A stretch of 64,000 bases of DNA from the NCBI GenBank assembly GCA_038204995.1, contig JBBRCH010000016.1:927-64926 (forward strand), written 5' to 3'. The stretch's first letter is position 1. Each line of letters starts with the position of its first letter. The notes below the pieces were generated by a model. The model was not told where the DNA came from and did no database searches. It worked only from the letters and a program-made list of their open reading frames with translations. Positions 20,391-30,211 of the stretch are shown here, in pieces. A program made the translations under genes and the position numbers. Source of the stretch: Bacteroidales bacterium. Lineage in GTDB: Bacteria; Bacteroidota; Bacteroidia; Bacteroidales; UBA4417.

Positions 20391-21410
20391 TTAGTGCAGT
20401 ATTTTAAACACAAGTTCCCTGAGTAATTCGCCCTGATCCGTTGAGTAATTTTCAATGCCCAATGCACGCACATTACACTCGCGAAGCCAACCTATAATTT
20501 CCTGTACTTTCTTAGCATCATAATTGTGGTATGCATCGAAATAATCATTTTTATTAAAGTTGGTAAGTTTGGTTTTATTCAGGATTGAAGCCTCTGATTT
20601 GTCAGGTAGTGAGTGAATCAGTAATACCTTGCTAAAAAATGAGAACAGCATGGGTATAGTCTTGAAAAGTGAATTATCAGCCGGATTTAGTGCAAAATGA
20701 TGGGCTATCCGGTTGGCTTTGAGAATATCCTTTCTGGCGAGCGCTTTTTGAAATTCAAAAATATTATAGTCTTTACTTATTCCAATATACAATTCAATAA
20801 CGTCCTCTGTAATGACTTTGTTTTTAGGAAGGTTGATATATAATTTACTTAATTCATTATTAACTTTTTCGAGGTTTGTTCCCAGGTATTCAACCAACAT
20901 ATTAGCGGCCTTGTCCGAAATGGAATGGCCACTATTTTTTACCTGAGTCGAAATCCAGACAGGCATCTCATTTTCATATTTTTTTTTCGATTCAATCGCG
21001 ATCGACTTCTCAGAACCGACAATAGCCTTAAGCAATTTTGCCGGTGGGGTTTTGTATTTATAGCAGATTACGAGAATGGTTGATTGTTGTGGATACTTAA
21101 TATAGGAAAGTAATGGGCCCAGGTTTTCATCTTTCTTCAGATCCATATCCTGGGCTTCGCGTAAAACAACAAGCTGCGTCTCTCCAATCATCGGGAACTG
21201 CTTGCTGCAGTTTACGACAGTGGCAGCTGATGAATCGCGGCCATACAACAAATACAAATTAAATTCTTTTTCAGTTTCGCTCAAAACATGTTCAGTGAGA
21301 TAGTCAGATAGTTCATCGATATAATAGGGCTCTTCACCATAGAAAAGGTAAATATTGACATAGGATTTCTTCTGAAAATCCTTAACTAACTGAAAATAGG
21401 TTGATGTCAT
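20391..21410 (-). CDS. holA: DNA polymerase III delta subunit
   Basis: YLFYGEEPYYID, EKEFN..LYGRD, GISKDYNIFE, C-terminal LLRELVFKILH typical of Bacteroidota HolA. Confidence 0.9.
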   Translation of the reverse strand: MTSTYFQLVKDFQKKSYVNIYLFYGEEPYYIDELSDYLTEHVLSETEKEFNLYLLYGRDSSAATVVNCSKQFPMIGETQLVVLREAQDMDLKKDENLGPLLSYIKYPQQSTILVICYKYKTPPAKLLKAIVGSEKSIAIESKKKYENEMPVWISTQVKNSGHSISDKAANMLVEYLGTNLEKVNNELSKLYINLPKNKVITEDVIELYIGISKDYNIFEFQKALARKDILKANRIAHHFALNPADNSLFKTIPMLFSFFSKVLLIHSLPDKSEASILNKTKLTNFNKNDYFDAYHNYDAKKVQEIIGWLRECNVRALGIENYSTDQGELLRELVFKILH

Positions 21411-21445
21411 TATTCAGGATACATTTTGATGCAGTGAAGCAGAGA

Positions 21446-22216
21446 TTAGAATTTCAGATGTTTAACGGTAACACGCTTTTCAATAAGTTGTTGCAGTGAT
21501 TCAATACCTATCATTACATGTTGTTCCATGTAGTTTTCAGTAACAATTTTATCACTTTGCTCTGTCTTAACCCCGCTTGATATCATAGGTTGGTCCGATA
21601 CCAGCAGCAACGCTCCCGTGGAAATAGAATTGGCAAAACCAACAATAAATATGGTTGCAGTTTCAAGATCAATAGCCATTGCTCTTGATTTCTGCAGGTA
21701 AAGCTTAAACTCTTCGTCGTGTTCCCAAACCCTGCGATTGGTAGTATACACGGTGCCGGTATAATAATCGAGCCCCATATCACGGATCGTGGTAGAAATT
21801 GCCTTTTGCAGGTTAAATGCCGGGAGAGCCGGTATTTCAGGAGGAAAGTAGTCGTCGGACGTACCGTCACCTCTTATAGCGGCAATAGGTAGTATATAGT
21901 CGCCCAAAGCATTGATATGTTTCAGCCCCCCACATTTCCCCAGAAACAGGCATGCTACAGGATTAATAGCACTAATCAGGTCCATAACAGTAGCAGCATT
22001 GGCGCTTCCCATACCAAACCTGATCATTGTAATATTCCCGGAAGTAGCACTGGGCATCGAGCGGTCACGTCCCTTTATTTCTACATTATTAAGACGTGCA
22101 AATGTTTCGAGATAAGCTCCGAAATTGACTAAAAGAATATATTCACCAAAATCTTCAATTGCAGTTCCTGTATAACGAGGCAACCAGTTCTCAACTATTT
22201 CTTTCTTTGTTTTCAT
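21446..22216 (-). CDS. AMP nucleosidase (Bacteroidota type, PNP/UDP superfamily)
   Basis: MKTKKEIVENWLPRYTG, FGMGSANAAT, TTNRRVWE, IDLETAT. Start placed at ATG 22216. Confidence 0.9.
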   Translation of the reverse strand: MKTKKEIVENWLPRYTGTAIEDFGEYILLVNFGAYLETFARLNNVEIKGRDRSMPSATSGNITMIRFGMGSANAATVMDLISAINPVACLFLGKCGGLKHINALGDYILPIAAIRGDGTSDDYFPPEIPALPAFNLQKAISTTIRDMGLDYYTGTVYTTNRRVWEHDEEFKLYLQKSRAMAIDLETATIFIVGFANSISTGALLLVSDQPMISSGVKTEQSDKIVTENYMEQHVMIGIESLQQLIEKRVTVKHLKF

Positions 22217-22519
22217 GATGCAGAATTGACGATAAATTAGTATTGATGGCAAATTTAGAATTTTTAAGCCATCTTTGTAGTGATTTTTGTCTGGATTTTT
22301 CCAAAACAGTTAAAATAGGAGATAATTCAATATTATCGGGCACAGTCTAATGCCGGAATTGTAAAATTAAGACTATGGTGGTTCAGAGAACAGCAGAAAA
22401 CACAAATGGACATGATCAGAGCCATTTGGGTGGCCGTATTTCTTAGCATGGTTTTACTGTCAAAATACTGAAAGACAAAGAAATATGCAGATGCTTTACA
22501 TGGTTCAAAATTATCAGGG

Positions 22520-22990
22520 ATGCAGCAATTAAACTTTCCTCATTTTGATTTCAAAATACGGAATTTCAATAACCGGGAAAAAATTTTTGACCCGGTACGT
22601 CGTAAATATGTAATGCTTACGCCCGAAGAATGGGTTCGTCAACATTTAATACTATATCTGACAGGTATAAAAGGATACCCCTTATCAATTATCGGGGTGG
22701 AGAGACAGCTGATGCTTAATAAACTTCCTAAACGTTTCGACCTGGTTGTTTATTCGCGTAATGCAAATCCACTTCTATTGGTCGAATGCAAAGCTCCTGG
22801 TATTGAAATTACTGAAAAAACATTTGATCAGGCTGCCAGGTATAATATTCTCCTTAAAGCTGAATACTTCCTTATAACGAATGGCCTTGAGCATTATACC
22901 TGCCGTATCGATTACGTGCACAAACAATACATATTTATTCAGGAAATCCCTGATTTCGGTCAGGTGTCCGGGTTGGTCGCGGATAAATAA
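22520..22990 (+). CDS. Stand-alone HsdR N-terminal-like (PD-(D/E)xK) domain protein
   Basis: IFDPVRRKYVMLTPEEWVRQH, RFDLVV, LVECKAP, LITNG. Confidence 0.85.
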   Translation: MQQLNFPHFDFKIRNFNNREKIFDPVRRKYVMLTPEEWVRQHLILYLTGIKGYPLSIIGVERQLMLNKLPKRFDLVVYSRNANPLLLVECKAPGIEITEKTFDQAARYNILLKAEYFLITNGLEHYTCRIDYVHKQYIFIQEIPDFGQVSGLVADK

Positions 22991-23040
22991 ATCAGCAAAG
23001 AAACTTTACAATATTAACCTGATATTTGGTTATCGGGCAT

Positions 23041-23068
23041 AAAAAAAGTCGGCAAAACCGACTTTTTC
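23041..23068. terminator. Bidirectional intrinsic terminator
   Basis: AAAAAAAGTCGG-CAAAA-CCGACTTTTT between convergent genes. Confidence 0.8.
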
Positions 23069-23084
23069 AATAAAAGTTTTTTTG

Positions 23085-24059
23085 TTACTGGCATTTTAAA
23101 ACCGTTTTCATCTGATAGTTGGCAGATTGAACAAAAGTACCATATGACGATTTTTTATAATTCTCACATGCATTTTGGGTATCTTGTTTGCCTTCATAAG
23201 CCTTTGCAATTTCGTAATAGAAACGGGCCAGTTTAAGATTGTTTTGAACTTCTAAAGTTAGTCCGGTATTAGCAGCTTCAATTGCTTCATCATGTTTTTT
23301 CAGGTTATTGTAGGATACAGCAAGCAGGTAGTATACTTCCTTGTTGGTGGTGTCGTAGGCAAGTGAGCTTTTGAGCTTTTCAGCTACTTCAGAGTATGAC
23401 TTTTTCTTGAATGCATCAGCGCCTTCCTGGTATAAACTTGAAGAAACCGCATTTCTTGCTGCCTGGACAGTAACAGTATCATTTGATTTTGTGGCCGATG
23501 CAATAGCCAGATCCATGTTTTCCTGCATTTTTACATTCTCACCTTTTTTCTTGTAAGCCAAGCCATTAGCATAATTGGCCTTGCTGTATTCAGGATCTAA
23601 CTTCAGTGCTTTGTCGAAATAAGCTATTGCATCGTCATATTTAAGTGCTTTAAGCAGGTTATTCCCTTTGTTGGCATAGAGTTTCACCAGCATCGATTCT
23701 GATTTTTCTTTGATATTGTCATCTGAATATGTAATAGCCAAATCGCGGCTTTTTTCGTAGGCGGGAATTGATAAATCATATTTCTTAGCCTTAATTAAAT
23801 CGTTTCCGACATTAAATTGCCAGGCAGGTAACACGGTGCCAACTTTCATTTTAAGTGTGTCACCTTCACTGCCAAGTGCAGTGCACATTTTTAACACATC
23901 CTGCATTTTGACAATAGCACCTGTTATATTGGTTTTTGAAAGTTCAAGTGCAGAATTAAAAGCATTACCAGCATCTTCCTTGGTTTGTGCATGCAAATTA
24001 TTAACTGATAAGGTTGTGAAAATGGTTATGGCAAAAGCCATGATCAGAGTCTTCTTCAT
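23085..24059 (-). CDS. Secreted tetratricopeptide-repeat protein
   Basis: Signal peptide; TPR motifs (YDDAIAYFDKALKLDPEYSKANYANGLAY, YYEIAKAYE). Confidence 0.85.
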   Translation of the reverse strand: MKKTLIMAFAITIFTTLSVNNLHAQTKEDAGNAFNSALELSKTNITGAIVKMQDVLKMCTALGSEGDTLKMKVGTVLPAWQFNVGNDLIKAKKYDLSIPAYEKSRDLAITYSDDNIKEKSESMLVKLYANKGNNLLKALKYDDAIAYFDKALKLDPEYSKANYANGLAYKKKGENVKMQENMDLAIASATKSNDTVTVQAARNAVSSSLYQEGADAFKKKSYSEVAEKLKSSLAYDTTNKEVYYLLAVSYNNLKKHDEAIEAANTGLTLEVQNNLKLARFYYEIAKAYEGKQDTQNACENYKKSSYGTFVQSANYQMKTVLKCQ

Positions 24060-24508
24060 CGATTTAAAAGGATTAATTAATGATTAAAGCAATAAAACTA
24101 CCTGCAAATATACATATTTATGTATTTGTAACAAGTCTTCTTATCTGCCTAAATACCAATAACCGTTCCAAATATTAGGGGGAAGGGAGTTTTAAAAATT
24201 GTTAAAAATTTGTAAATTGACCGATTACATATATTAACTGAACTTTTAATCATGAATTTATAGCCTGAATTCCTGAATCTCAAGTTTTAATTTGGGAAAA
24301 AGGACAAAAATTTTTCATATAGAATTCCCGGACATTTAGTCACTAAAATTTGAAATTATAAGGTTCCCTTCAGGTAAATTTAGATAATCCACAAAGGAAT
24401 TATTGAAAAATGTTATACATTTGCACATGTGTGAAAAGTCGTAAAGATTCATATCCGTTGATTTTTAAATGCTTGATATTCTGATCATAATAAAAAACTG
24501 AAAATTCA

Positions 24509-25105
24509 ATGAAAAGTAGTATAGTAAAGGTTGTGCTTGCTCTGGTTATCATAATTTTAGGATACCTTATCTTCAGTAGTATTAATAAGCCTGTAAAATT
24601 CGAAAACAAGCTTCAGACCAGGGGAGATGTTATTGTTGGCAAACTAAAGGATATTCGAACGGCACAAATCCTTTTCCGTAATCAGTACGGGCACTATACC
24701 GCTAGTTTCGATTCCCTGAAAGTTTTTGTAAAAAACGGGAAAATCCCGGAAGTGAAGATGATACCTGACCCCAACGATACTACTTTCACACGTACCATAT
24801 CCGACACAATCGGTTATATTAACATCTTTGATTCTATTTTTGCCAAGAAGAATTATCCTCTCGAGAAACTTAACGAAATACCTTTCTCTAAGGGTGATCT
24901 GTTTTCGATTTTGGCAGGTAAAATCAATAAAGGTGGAGTTGACGTAGCTGTATTCGAAGTTTCAGCCCGAATAGAAACATATACCAAAGATCTTGACAAA
25001 CAGTTGGTAATTAACAGGGTCAAAGAACTCGACGATAAATCAAAATTCCCTGGTCTTAAAGTTGGTTCTATGACAGAGGCTTCTATAGACGGGAATTGGG
25101 AATAA
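24509..25105 (+). CDS. Conserved Bacteroidota membrane-anchored hypothetical protein
   Basis: N-terminal TM, KLKDIRTAQ..Y..SFDSL, C-terminal GLKVGSM...GNWE; in an operon with DUF3822 and rsmD. Confidence 0.75.
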   Translation: MKSSIVKVVLALVIIILGYLIFSSINKPVKFENKLQTRGDVIVGKLKDIRTAQILFRNQYGHYTASFDSLKVFVKNGKIPEVKMIPDPNDTTFTRTISDTIGYINIFDSIFAKKNYPLEKLNEIPFSKGDLFSILAGKINKGGVDVAVFEVSARIETYTKDLDKQLVINRVKELDDKSKFPGLKVGSMTEASIDGNWE

Positions 25106-25120
25106 TAAAATATATATCCC

Positions 25121-25990
25121 TTGGAATGTATTCTTAATCAGGTTGATCCTCAGTTTGAAACTACTCAGGGATTAAATTACAGGCTATCCGTTCTGCTAAG
25201 TCAGGATGGATTTTCATTTCTGGTCTCCCATATTAGTTCGCTGAAAATCCTGAAACTCGCTTCCTACAAGCTGGCTCATGCTGATTCTCTACACGGAGAC
25301 ACCGGAGGATGGCCTTCGAAGGCTAATGAGTATTTTGATCAGCTGAAAAAAGTTGATTTTACCTGGAATACCTATAAGCAGGTTGATGTTGCTATTGCAT
25401 CCTGCAAAGTTTCCACAGTACCATCAGGCTTTTTTGACAAAGCTTATGCCATGAATATTATGTCGGCGGCACATCCTATATCCCCGGCAGAAGAGATATT
25501 AACCGAGTCAGTTTTTGATCTTGGACCAGTTATAGGCATGCTTGTGCCTGCTTATATAAAGGAAAACTGTAAGACACTATTCGTTAACCCGGATTTTCGG
25601 AGCGCGCCTGCTGTTTTTGTTAAAGGCGTAATGCGTAAACATGCAAACTTAATAGCTCGCCAGGTATTCTTAAATATTCATTCCGGTTATTTTGAGATAA
25701 CTGTGATACAAGGATCACGATTGCTTTATCTGAATTCTTTCAGGTACACATCTCCTTCTGACGTGTTGTATTATGTGATTTTTGTACTCGAACAGCTCGG
25801 ATTCGTTCCTTCGGAGGAAAAGGTTACCCTTATGGGAGAAAATTCCGGAAATGAAATCATATTCAACCAATTGAAAATGTATTGCGCTACACTATCTTAT
25901 GCTGAGAGAAGGGAAGGATTTGAATACGGTAGTGCTTTTGACGGTGTTGCACTCCACAAATACTTTACCCTTTTAAATATACCCGAATGA
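25121..25990 (+). CDS. DUF3822-family protein
   Basis: YRLSVLLSQDGFSF at the N-terminus and NSFRY..SDVLYYVIFVLEQLG; sits upstream of rsmD; TTG start. Confidence 0.75.
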   Translation: MECILNQVDPQFETTQGLNYRLSVLLSQDGFSFLVSHISSLKILKLASYKLAHADSLHGDTGGWPSKANEYFDQLKKVDFTWNTYKQVDVAIASCKVSTVPSGFFDKAYAMNIMSAAHPISPAEEILTESVFDLGPVIGMLVPAYIKENCKTLFVNPDFRSAPAVFVKGVMRKHANLIARQVFLNIHSGYFEITVIQGSRLLYLNSFRYTSPSDVLYYVIFVLEQLGFVPSEEKVTLMGENSGNEIIFNQLKMYCATLSYAERREGFEYGSAFDGVALHKYFTLLNIPE

Positions 25991-26550
25991 GAATAATAAG
26001 CGGTAGTCACAGAGGAAGAGTACTTCGTCCGCCGCAGGGATTACCTGTAAGGCCAACAACAGATCTGGCTAAGGAAAGCCTGTTTAATATATTGAATAAT
26101 TATATTGATTTCGAAGCTGTAAATGTGCTTGATCTCTTTGCCGGAACGGGAAACATTTCTCTGGAGTTCGCCTCGCGTAATGCAAATATGGTTTTGAGTA
26201 TAGATTTGAGCAGCCTTTGTATCAGTTATATTTCAAAAATGGCAGCGGAATTAAAATTCGGGAATTTATCGGCAATACAGGCTAATGTGTTTACCTATCT
26301 TGCGCGTTCAGCCGGAAAATATGATATAATTTTTGCAGATCCCCCATATGACCTTAAAGACCGGGAAAAAATACCTGACCTGGTTTTTGAGAATCAATGG
26401 CTGGCTGATGATGGGTGGTTCATCATTGAACATGATAAAAGTCTCAGTTTTACAGCCCATCCCTTTTTCAGTGAAGAACGAAGATATGGGAAAGTTCATT
26501 TTTCGTTCTTAAGAAAAACAATACCTGAAACCATTGAAAATCAGGGCTAG
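25987..26550 (+). CDS. rsmD: 16S rRNA m2G966 methyltransferase
   Basis: MRIISG..RGR, RPTTDLAKESLFN, LDLFAGTG, FADPPY. Confidence 0.93.
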   Translation: MRIISGSHRGRVLRPPQGLPVRPTTDLAKESLFNILNNYIDFEAVNVLDLFAGTGNISLEFASRNANMVLSIDLSSLCISYISKMAAELKFGNLSAIQANVFTYLARSAGKYDIIFADPPYDLKDREKIPDLVFENQWLADDGWFIIEHDKSLSFTAHPFFSEERRYGKVHFSFLRKTIPETIENQG

Positions 26551-27002
26551 ATCGAAATTTGCTCAGGAATGAACTGGTCGATATTGCCTCCGTGTTTATG
26601 CACTTCACGCACAATGGATGAGGTAACCATTACATATTCAGGTATTGTCAGCAGAAAGACGGTTTCTATTTCAGGAACCAGTTTCAGGTTTACCTGGGCA
26701 ACACTGCGCTCAAATTCAAAATCAGCTGAAGTTCTCAATCCCCTGATAATATAATCAGCTTTCATTGTCCTGCAAAAATCAACAGTAAGTCCATTGTACC
26801 ATTCAATACTTACCTGGGGCAAATCGCTGAAAGTCTGATTCAGCCATTCAAGTCTCTTTTCAACAGGGAAATATCCGCTTTTGTCGGCATTAATTCCAAT
26901 GGCAACAATAATTTTATCAAACAGCGGCAGAGCACGCCTTACAATTGATTCGTGGCCTAGGGTGATAGGATCAAAAGAACCCGGAAAAACTGCGATTTTC
27001 AT
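26547..27002 (-). CDS. coaD: Phosphopantetheine adenylyltransferase
   Basis: AVFPGSFDPITLGH, IIRGLR..ADFEFE, SSIVRE. Confidence 0.96.
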   Translation of the reverse strand: MKIAVFPGSFDPITLGHESIVRRALPLFDKIIVAIGINADKSGYFPVEKRLEWLNQTFSDLPQVSIEWYNGLTVDFCRTMKADYIIRGLRTSADFEFERSVAQVNLKLVPEIETVFLLTIPEYVMVTSSIVREVHKHGGNIDQFIPEQISI

Positions 27003-27084
27003 AGTATTGATTTGTGCAAAGATAAAAATATAATTATTATTTTTTGTTGCAGAATTCAGAACGAAACAGCTTGAATATAGCCGG

Positions 27085-27714
27085 TTATTGCTGCAAATAG
27101 TTTTCTAACAGTTTCCTGAGTGATGCATATGTGTTTCGCAAAGGGATATAAAGGTCTTTTTCCGAAAACCATTTCACTTCAGTAATATCTTCCTCCAGCT
27201 GAGGAACCAGGTTTTGTGAACCTGTGCAAATCATTTCGAACCAAAAAGTCTCTTTTAATACTTCTCTGCCTTTACGGTCAGTAAAAATATGATACGTTGA
27301 AGGTAGCTGTTTGCTGATAGTGATGCCGGTAAGTCCCGTTTCTTCAGTTACTTCCCGTATTGCGCCATGCTGAACTGGTTCTTTTTTATGCAGCTTCCCT
27401 TTAGGCAGATCCCATACTCCAAACCTTTTTATAAAAAGATATTCAGCTTCCTTGTTCCTGACTATACCTCCGGCGGCTTCAATACGAGTGAACAAACTAG
27501 TAAATACGGCACAGGCCTTTTCGAAATTTTCAGTTGCCTTTACATGTAGATATTTAAAATCAGGATTAGCTGAAAAATGCTCATATGCTTCTGCAAGAGA
27601 GTGTTTGTCAACAAAATCAAGACTCATTTCGTTTGAGATGTTGTTGGGCCTGTTAATATCTTGCCGGATTATTACTGCCCGATCATTCAAAAAAACTATA
27701 TACCTTTGCATCAT
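27085..27714 (-). CDS. NUDIX hydrolase
   Basis: AAGGIV, WDLPKGK and Nudix box GAIREVTEETGL. Start ATG at 27714 or 27711. Confidence 0.9.
   Translation of the reverse strand: MMQRYIVFLNDRAVIIRQDINRPNNISNEMSLDFVDKHSLAEAYEHFSANPDFKYLHVKATENFEKACAVFTSLFTRIEAAGGIVRNKEAEYLFIKRFGVWDLPKGKLHKKEPVQHGAIREVTEETGLTGITISKQLPSTYHIFTDRKGREVLKETFWFEMICTGSQNLVPQLEEDITEVKWFSEKDLYIPLRNTYASLRKLLENYLQQ
27701..27708 (+). promoter_or_regulatory. -7 box (TACCTTTG) for pyrE, lying inside the NUDIX coding sequence
   Basis: Exact TAnnTTTG match 4 nt before the pyrE ATG. Confidence 0.6.
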
Positions 27715-28363
27715 GAGAACAAAATCAGAAGAAACTGCACTTTTTGCAGCCGAATCGTTACTGCAAATTAAAGCAATAAAGCTTGATAATACTAACCCGT
27801 TTACATGGACTTCTGGTATAAAATCACCGATTTATTGCGACAACCGCCGTACTTTATCATATCCTAAAATCCGGACCTATATCCGCCAGGAATTCGTGAA
27901 ACTGATAAATGAAGAATATGGCACTGTCGACCTGATTGCCGGAGTTGCAACAGGTGCCATTGCTATCGGAGCCCTTGTTGCGCAGGAACTGGGTTTGCCT
28001 TTCGTTTATGTGCGATCTGAAAAAAAAGGCCACGGGCTTGAAAACCAGATTGAAGGTGTAGTTGAAAGCGGACAGTCGGTAGTAGTGGTCGAAGATCTTA
28101 TTTCAACCGGCAAAAGCAGCCTGAATGCAGTACAAGCTTTACGCGATGCAGGTTGCAATGTAAAAGGAATGGTTGCTATTTTTACCTATGGATTAATTGA
28201 AGCAGAAGAAAGTTTTAAATCTGCAAACTGTACTTTACATACTCTGACCAATTATGATTTCCTGATTAAAAAAGCCCTGGAACAAAATAATATCAAAGAT
28301 TCCGATATACAATCACTCAAGCAATGGCGCGAAGATCCTAAAGGATGGGGGCTCGATAAATGA
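27713..28363 (+). CDS. pyrE: Orotate phosphoribosyltransferase
   Basis: FTWTSGIKSPIYCDNR, YVRSEKKGHG, PRPP loop VVVEDLISTGKS. Start at ATG 27713; the track's extension to 27452 is antisense to the NUDIX gene. Confidence 0.95.
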   Translation: MRTKSEETALFAAESLLQIKAIKLDNTNPFTWTSGIKSPIYCDNRRTLSYPKIRTYIRQEFVKLINEEYGTVDLIAGVATGAIAIGALVAQELGLPFVYVRSEKKGHGLENQIEGVVESGQSVVVVEDLISTGKSSLNAVQALRDAGCNVKGMVAIFTYGLIEAEESFKSANCTLHTLTNYDFLIKKALEQNNIKDSDIQSLKQWREDPKGWGLDK

Positions 28364-28767
28364 GCAGGCGCATCGAAAGCCAGATGGTGATTATCAATTG
28401 CACGTCAGAGAAAGTGTTTACTTATCTCGGTAATTTCGATAATTTCGCAAGCGTATTGCCTGAACAGGTTGCAAACTGGCAGTCAACCGGAGATTCCTGT
28501 TCATTCGAAGTTAAGGGTCTGGCAACCTTAGGCCTGCGCATCACGAGTAAAACACCTTTTACCTGTATAACTATGAAAGGTGAAGGGAAACTTCCTTTTG
28601 GTTTTACCTTAGAAAGCTTAATCAGTGAGACTGCAGCTCAGCAATGCAGGGTACAGTTGGTGATTAATGCTGATATGAATCCTTTTATTGCAATGATGGC
28701 TGAAAAACCCCTGCAAAATTTCGTAGATATGGTAGTCACTAAGCTTAAACATGAAATGGAGAAGTAA
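28360..28767 (+). CDS. SRPBCC/START-like small protein coupled to pyrE
   Basis: ATGA overlap with pyrE; KVFTYLGNFDNF..LPEQVANW..ADMNPFIAMMAEKPLQNF. Confidence 0.7.
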   Translation: MSRRIESQMVIINCTSEKVFTYLGNFDNFASVLPEQVANWQSTGDSCSFEVKGLATLGLRITSKTPFTCITMKGEGKLPFGFTLESLISETAAQQCRVQLVINADMNPFIAMMAEKPLQNFVDMVVTKLKHEMEK

Positions 28768-28811
28768 TTTTTCTGATTCACTGAAATATGAACGTTTAGA
28801 GTATGATCAAC

Positions 28812-28837
28812 AGCAGGTTATTACCTGCTTTTTTTTT
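28812..28837 (+). terminator. Intrinsic terminator of the pyrE operon
   Basis: AGCAGGT-TATT-ACCTGCT followed by a T run. Confidence 0.85.
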
Positions 28838-29133
28838 GTATTTGTGAAAACCGAATTTTAATTGGTTTCCAGGTCAACCAACAGTATTTTCAAAATTCAG
28901 TAGAATAAAAAGGAACTGATATTTCAGGAACGAACCGGCAATAAGTGAGAATATTCCGAAAGGAATTGTATAGTATTGTATTACAGAATCATAGATAGTA
29001 CTAGTTGATAAGAGTTCGTTATATATTTTGAATTCCTGTTTAAATGTCTTACCTTTAGTTTCTTAAAACTGGAAAGCAAATACGCTCATATAGAATAGTG
29101 ATAGTAATTTTTTAAACCAAATACCTACACGTT

Positions 29134-30120
29134 ATGAGAACCAGATTTTTTATTTCCGCCATTCTGTTGCTTACCGGGCTGATTCTTTTCCAAACCTGTA
29201 AACCCCGCCAGAAAGTACCTGTTATAGGCCTGTTGATGGACCAGTACAATGTAGAGCGCTGGGCAAAGGATACAACCTACTTCATTGAAAATGTTAAGAA
29301 ACTGGGTGGGAAGGTCATTTGTCTCTCAGCCAATGGCGATGCAGCCCTTCAACTCGAACAAGCTAAAAAGCTGATTGCAAAAAAAGTCGATGTCCTGGTT
29401 ATATTACCGGTTGAACTCGGAAGAGCAGCGGAAATAGTGCAACTGGCGAAAAAAGCATCCATTGGTGTAATCTCTTACGATCGCCTCATCCAGAATGCTC
29501 AGGTCGATTATTATATCTCTTTTGATAATGTGAAAGTAGGTGAACTACAGGCTGATTATATAAAGAACAGACTGCAAAAGGGAAATGTGGCACTGATAGG
29601 AGGTGCTTATACCGATAAAAATTCCTATTACCTGCAATTTGGGCAGATGGGTATTCTGCAGCCTTATATTGAACGTGGAGATATCAAAATAGTTTACGAC
29701 AAAATGGTCAAGACCTGGTCATTCGACGCAGGATACGAAGCTGCAAAAGAATGCCTGCGCAAATATAAAGTAGATGCCATCATAGCCGGCAACGATCTTC
29801 TGGCACGTGGAGCCATAAAAGCCTTAAAAGAAAAAGGGCTCGCCGGGAAAGTACTGGTTGCCGGACAGGATGCCGATACAGAAGCCCGCGAAAACATAAT
29901 ACAGGGTTTACAAACCATGACGGTTTACAAATCCATTGAGGATATAGCTTCCAATGCTGCACGTATGGCTATGGATTTGGCTAAGGGGAACTCTATATTC
30001 TATGCAACATTCACGGTTAACAACGGGGCCAAACTGGTTCCTTCTCTTTTAATTGACCCTATTTCAGTAAATAAAGGGAATATTGGCATGGAGATCGATA
30101 CAAGGAAGAAGGTAAACTGA
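29134..30120 (+). CDS. XylF-like sugar-binding periplasmic protein (probable lipoprotein)
   Basis: ERWAKD, VISYDRLI, YYISFDNVKVGELQA, VAGQDAD, QTMTVYKSI; signal peptide ending ..FQTC. Confidence 0.85.
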   Translation: MRTRFFISAILLLTGLILFQTCKPRQKVPVIGLLMDQYNVERWAKDTTYFIENVKKLGGKVICLSANGDAALQLEQAKKLIAKKVDVLVILPVELGRAAEIVQLAKKASIGVISYDRLIQNAQVDYYISFDNVKVGELQADYIKNRLQKGNVALIGGAYTDKNSYYLQFGQMGILQPYIERGDIKIVYDKMVKTWSFDAGYEAAKECLRKYKVDAIIAGNDLLARGAIKALKEKGLAGKVLVAGQDADTEARENIIQGLQTMTVYKSIEDIASNAARMAMDLAKGNSIFYATFTVNNGAKLVPSLLIDPISVNKGNIGMEIDTRKKVN

Positions 30121-30211
30121 TGCTTCTCAGACGAAAGGATTGTTTTGCTGTAAACCGGCTTTTCCGGTGACAGATATCTTAATTCATGTTTGGTATGTCA
30201 AAAACTGATAA

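Noticed and set aside
22520-22990. Type I restriction-modification or defence system
   Set aside because: Only a 156-aa HsdR_N-like protein with no hsdM, hsdS or helicase; it sits in housekeeping context beside holA and the AMP nucleosidase.
27452-27712. 87-aa N-terminal extension of PyrE
   Set aside because: It is the antisense shadow of the NUDIX gene; PyrE-like sequence begins at 27713.
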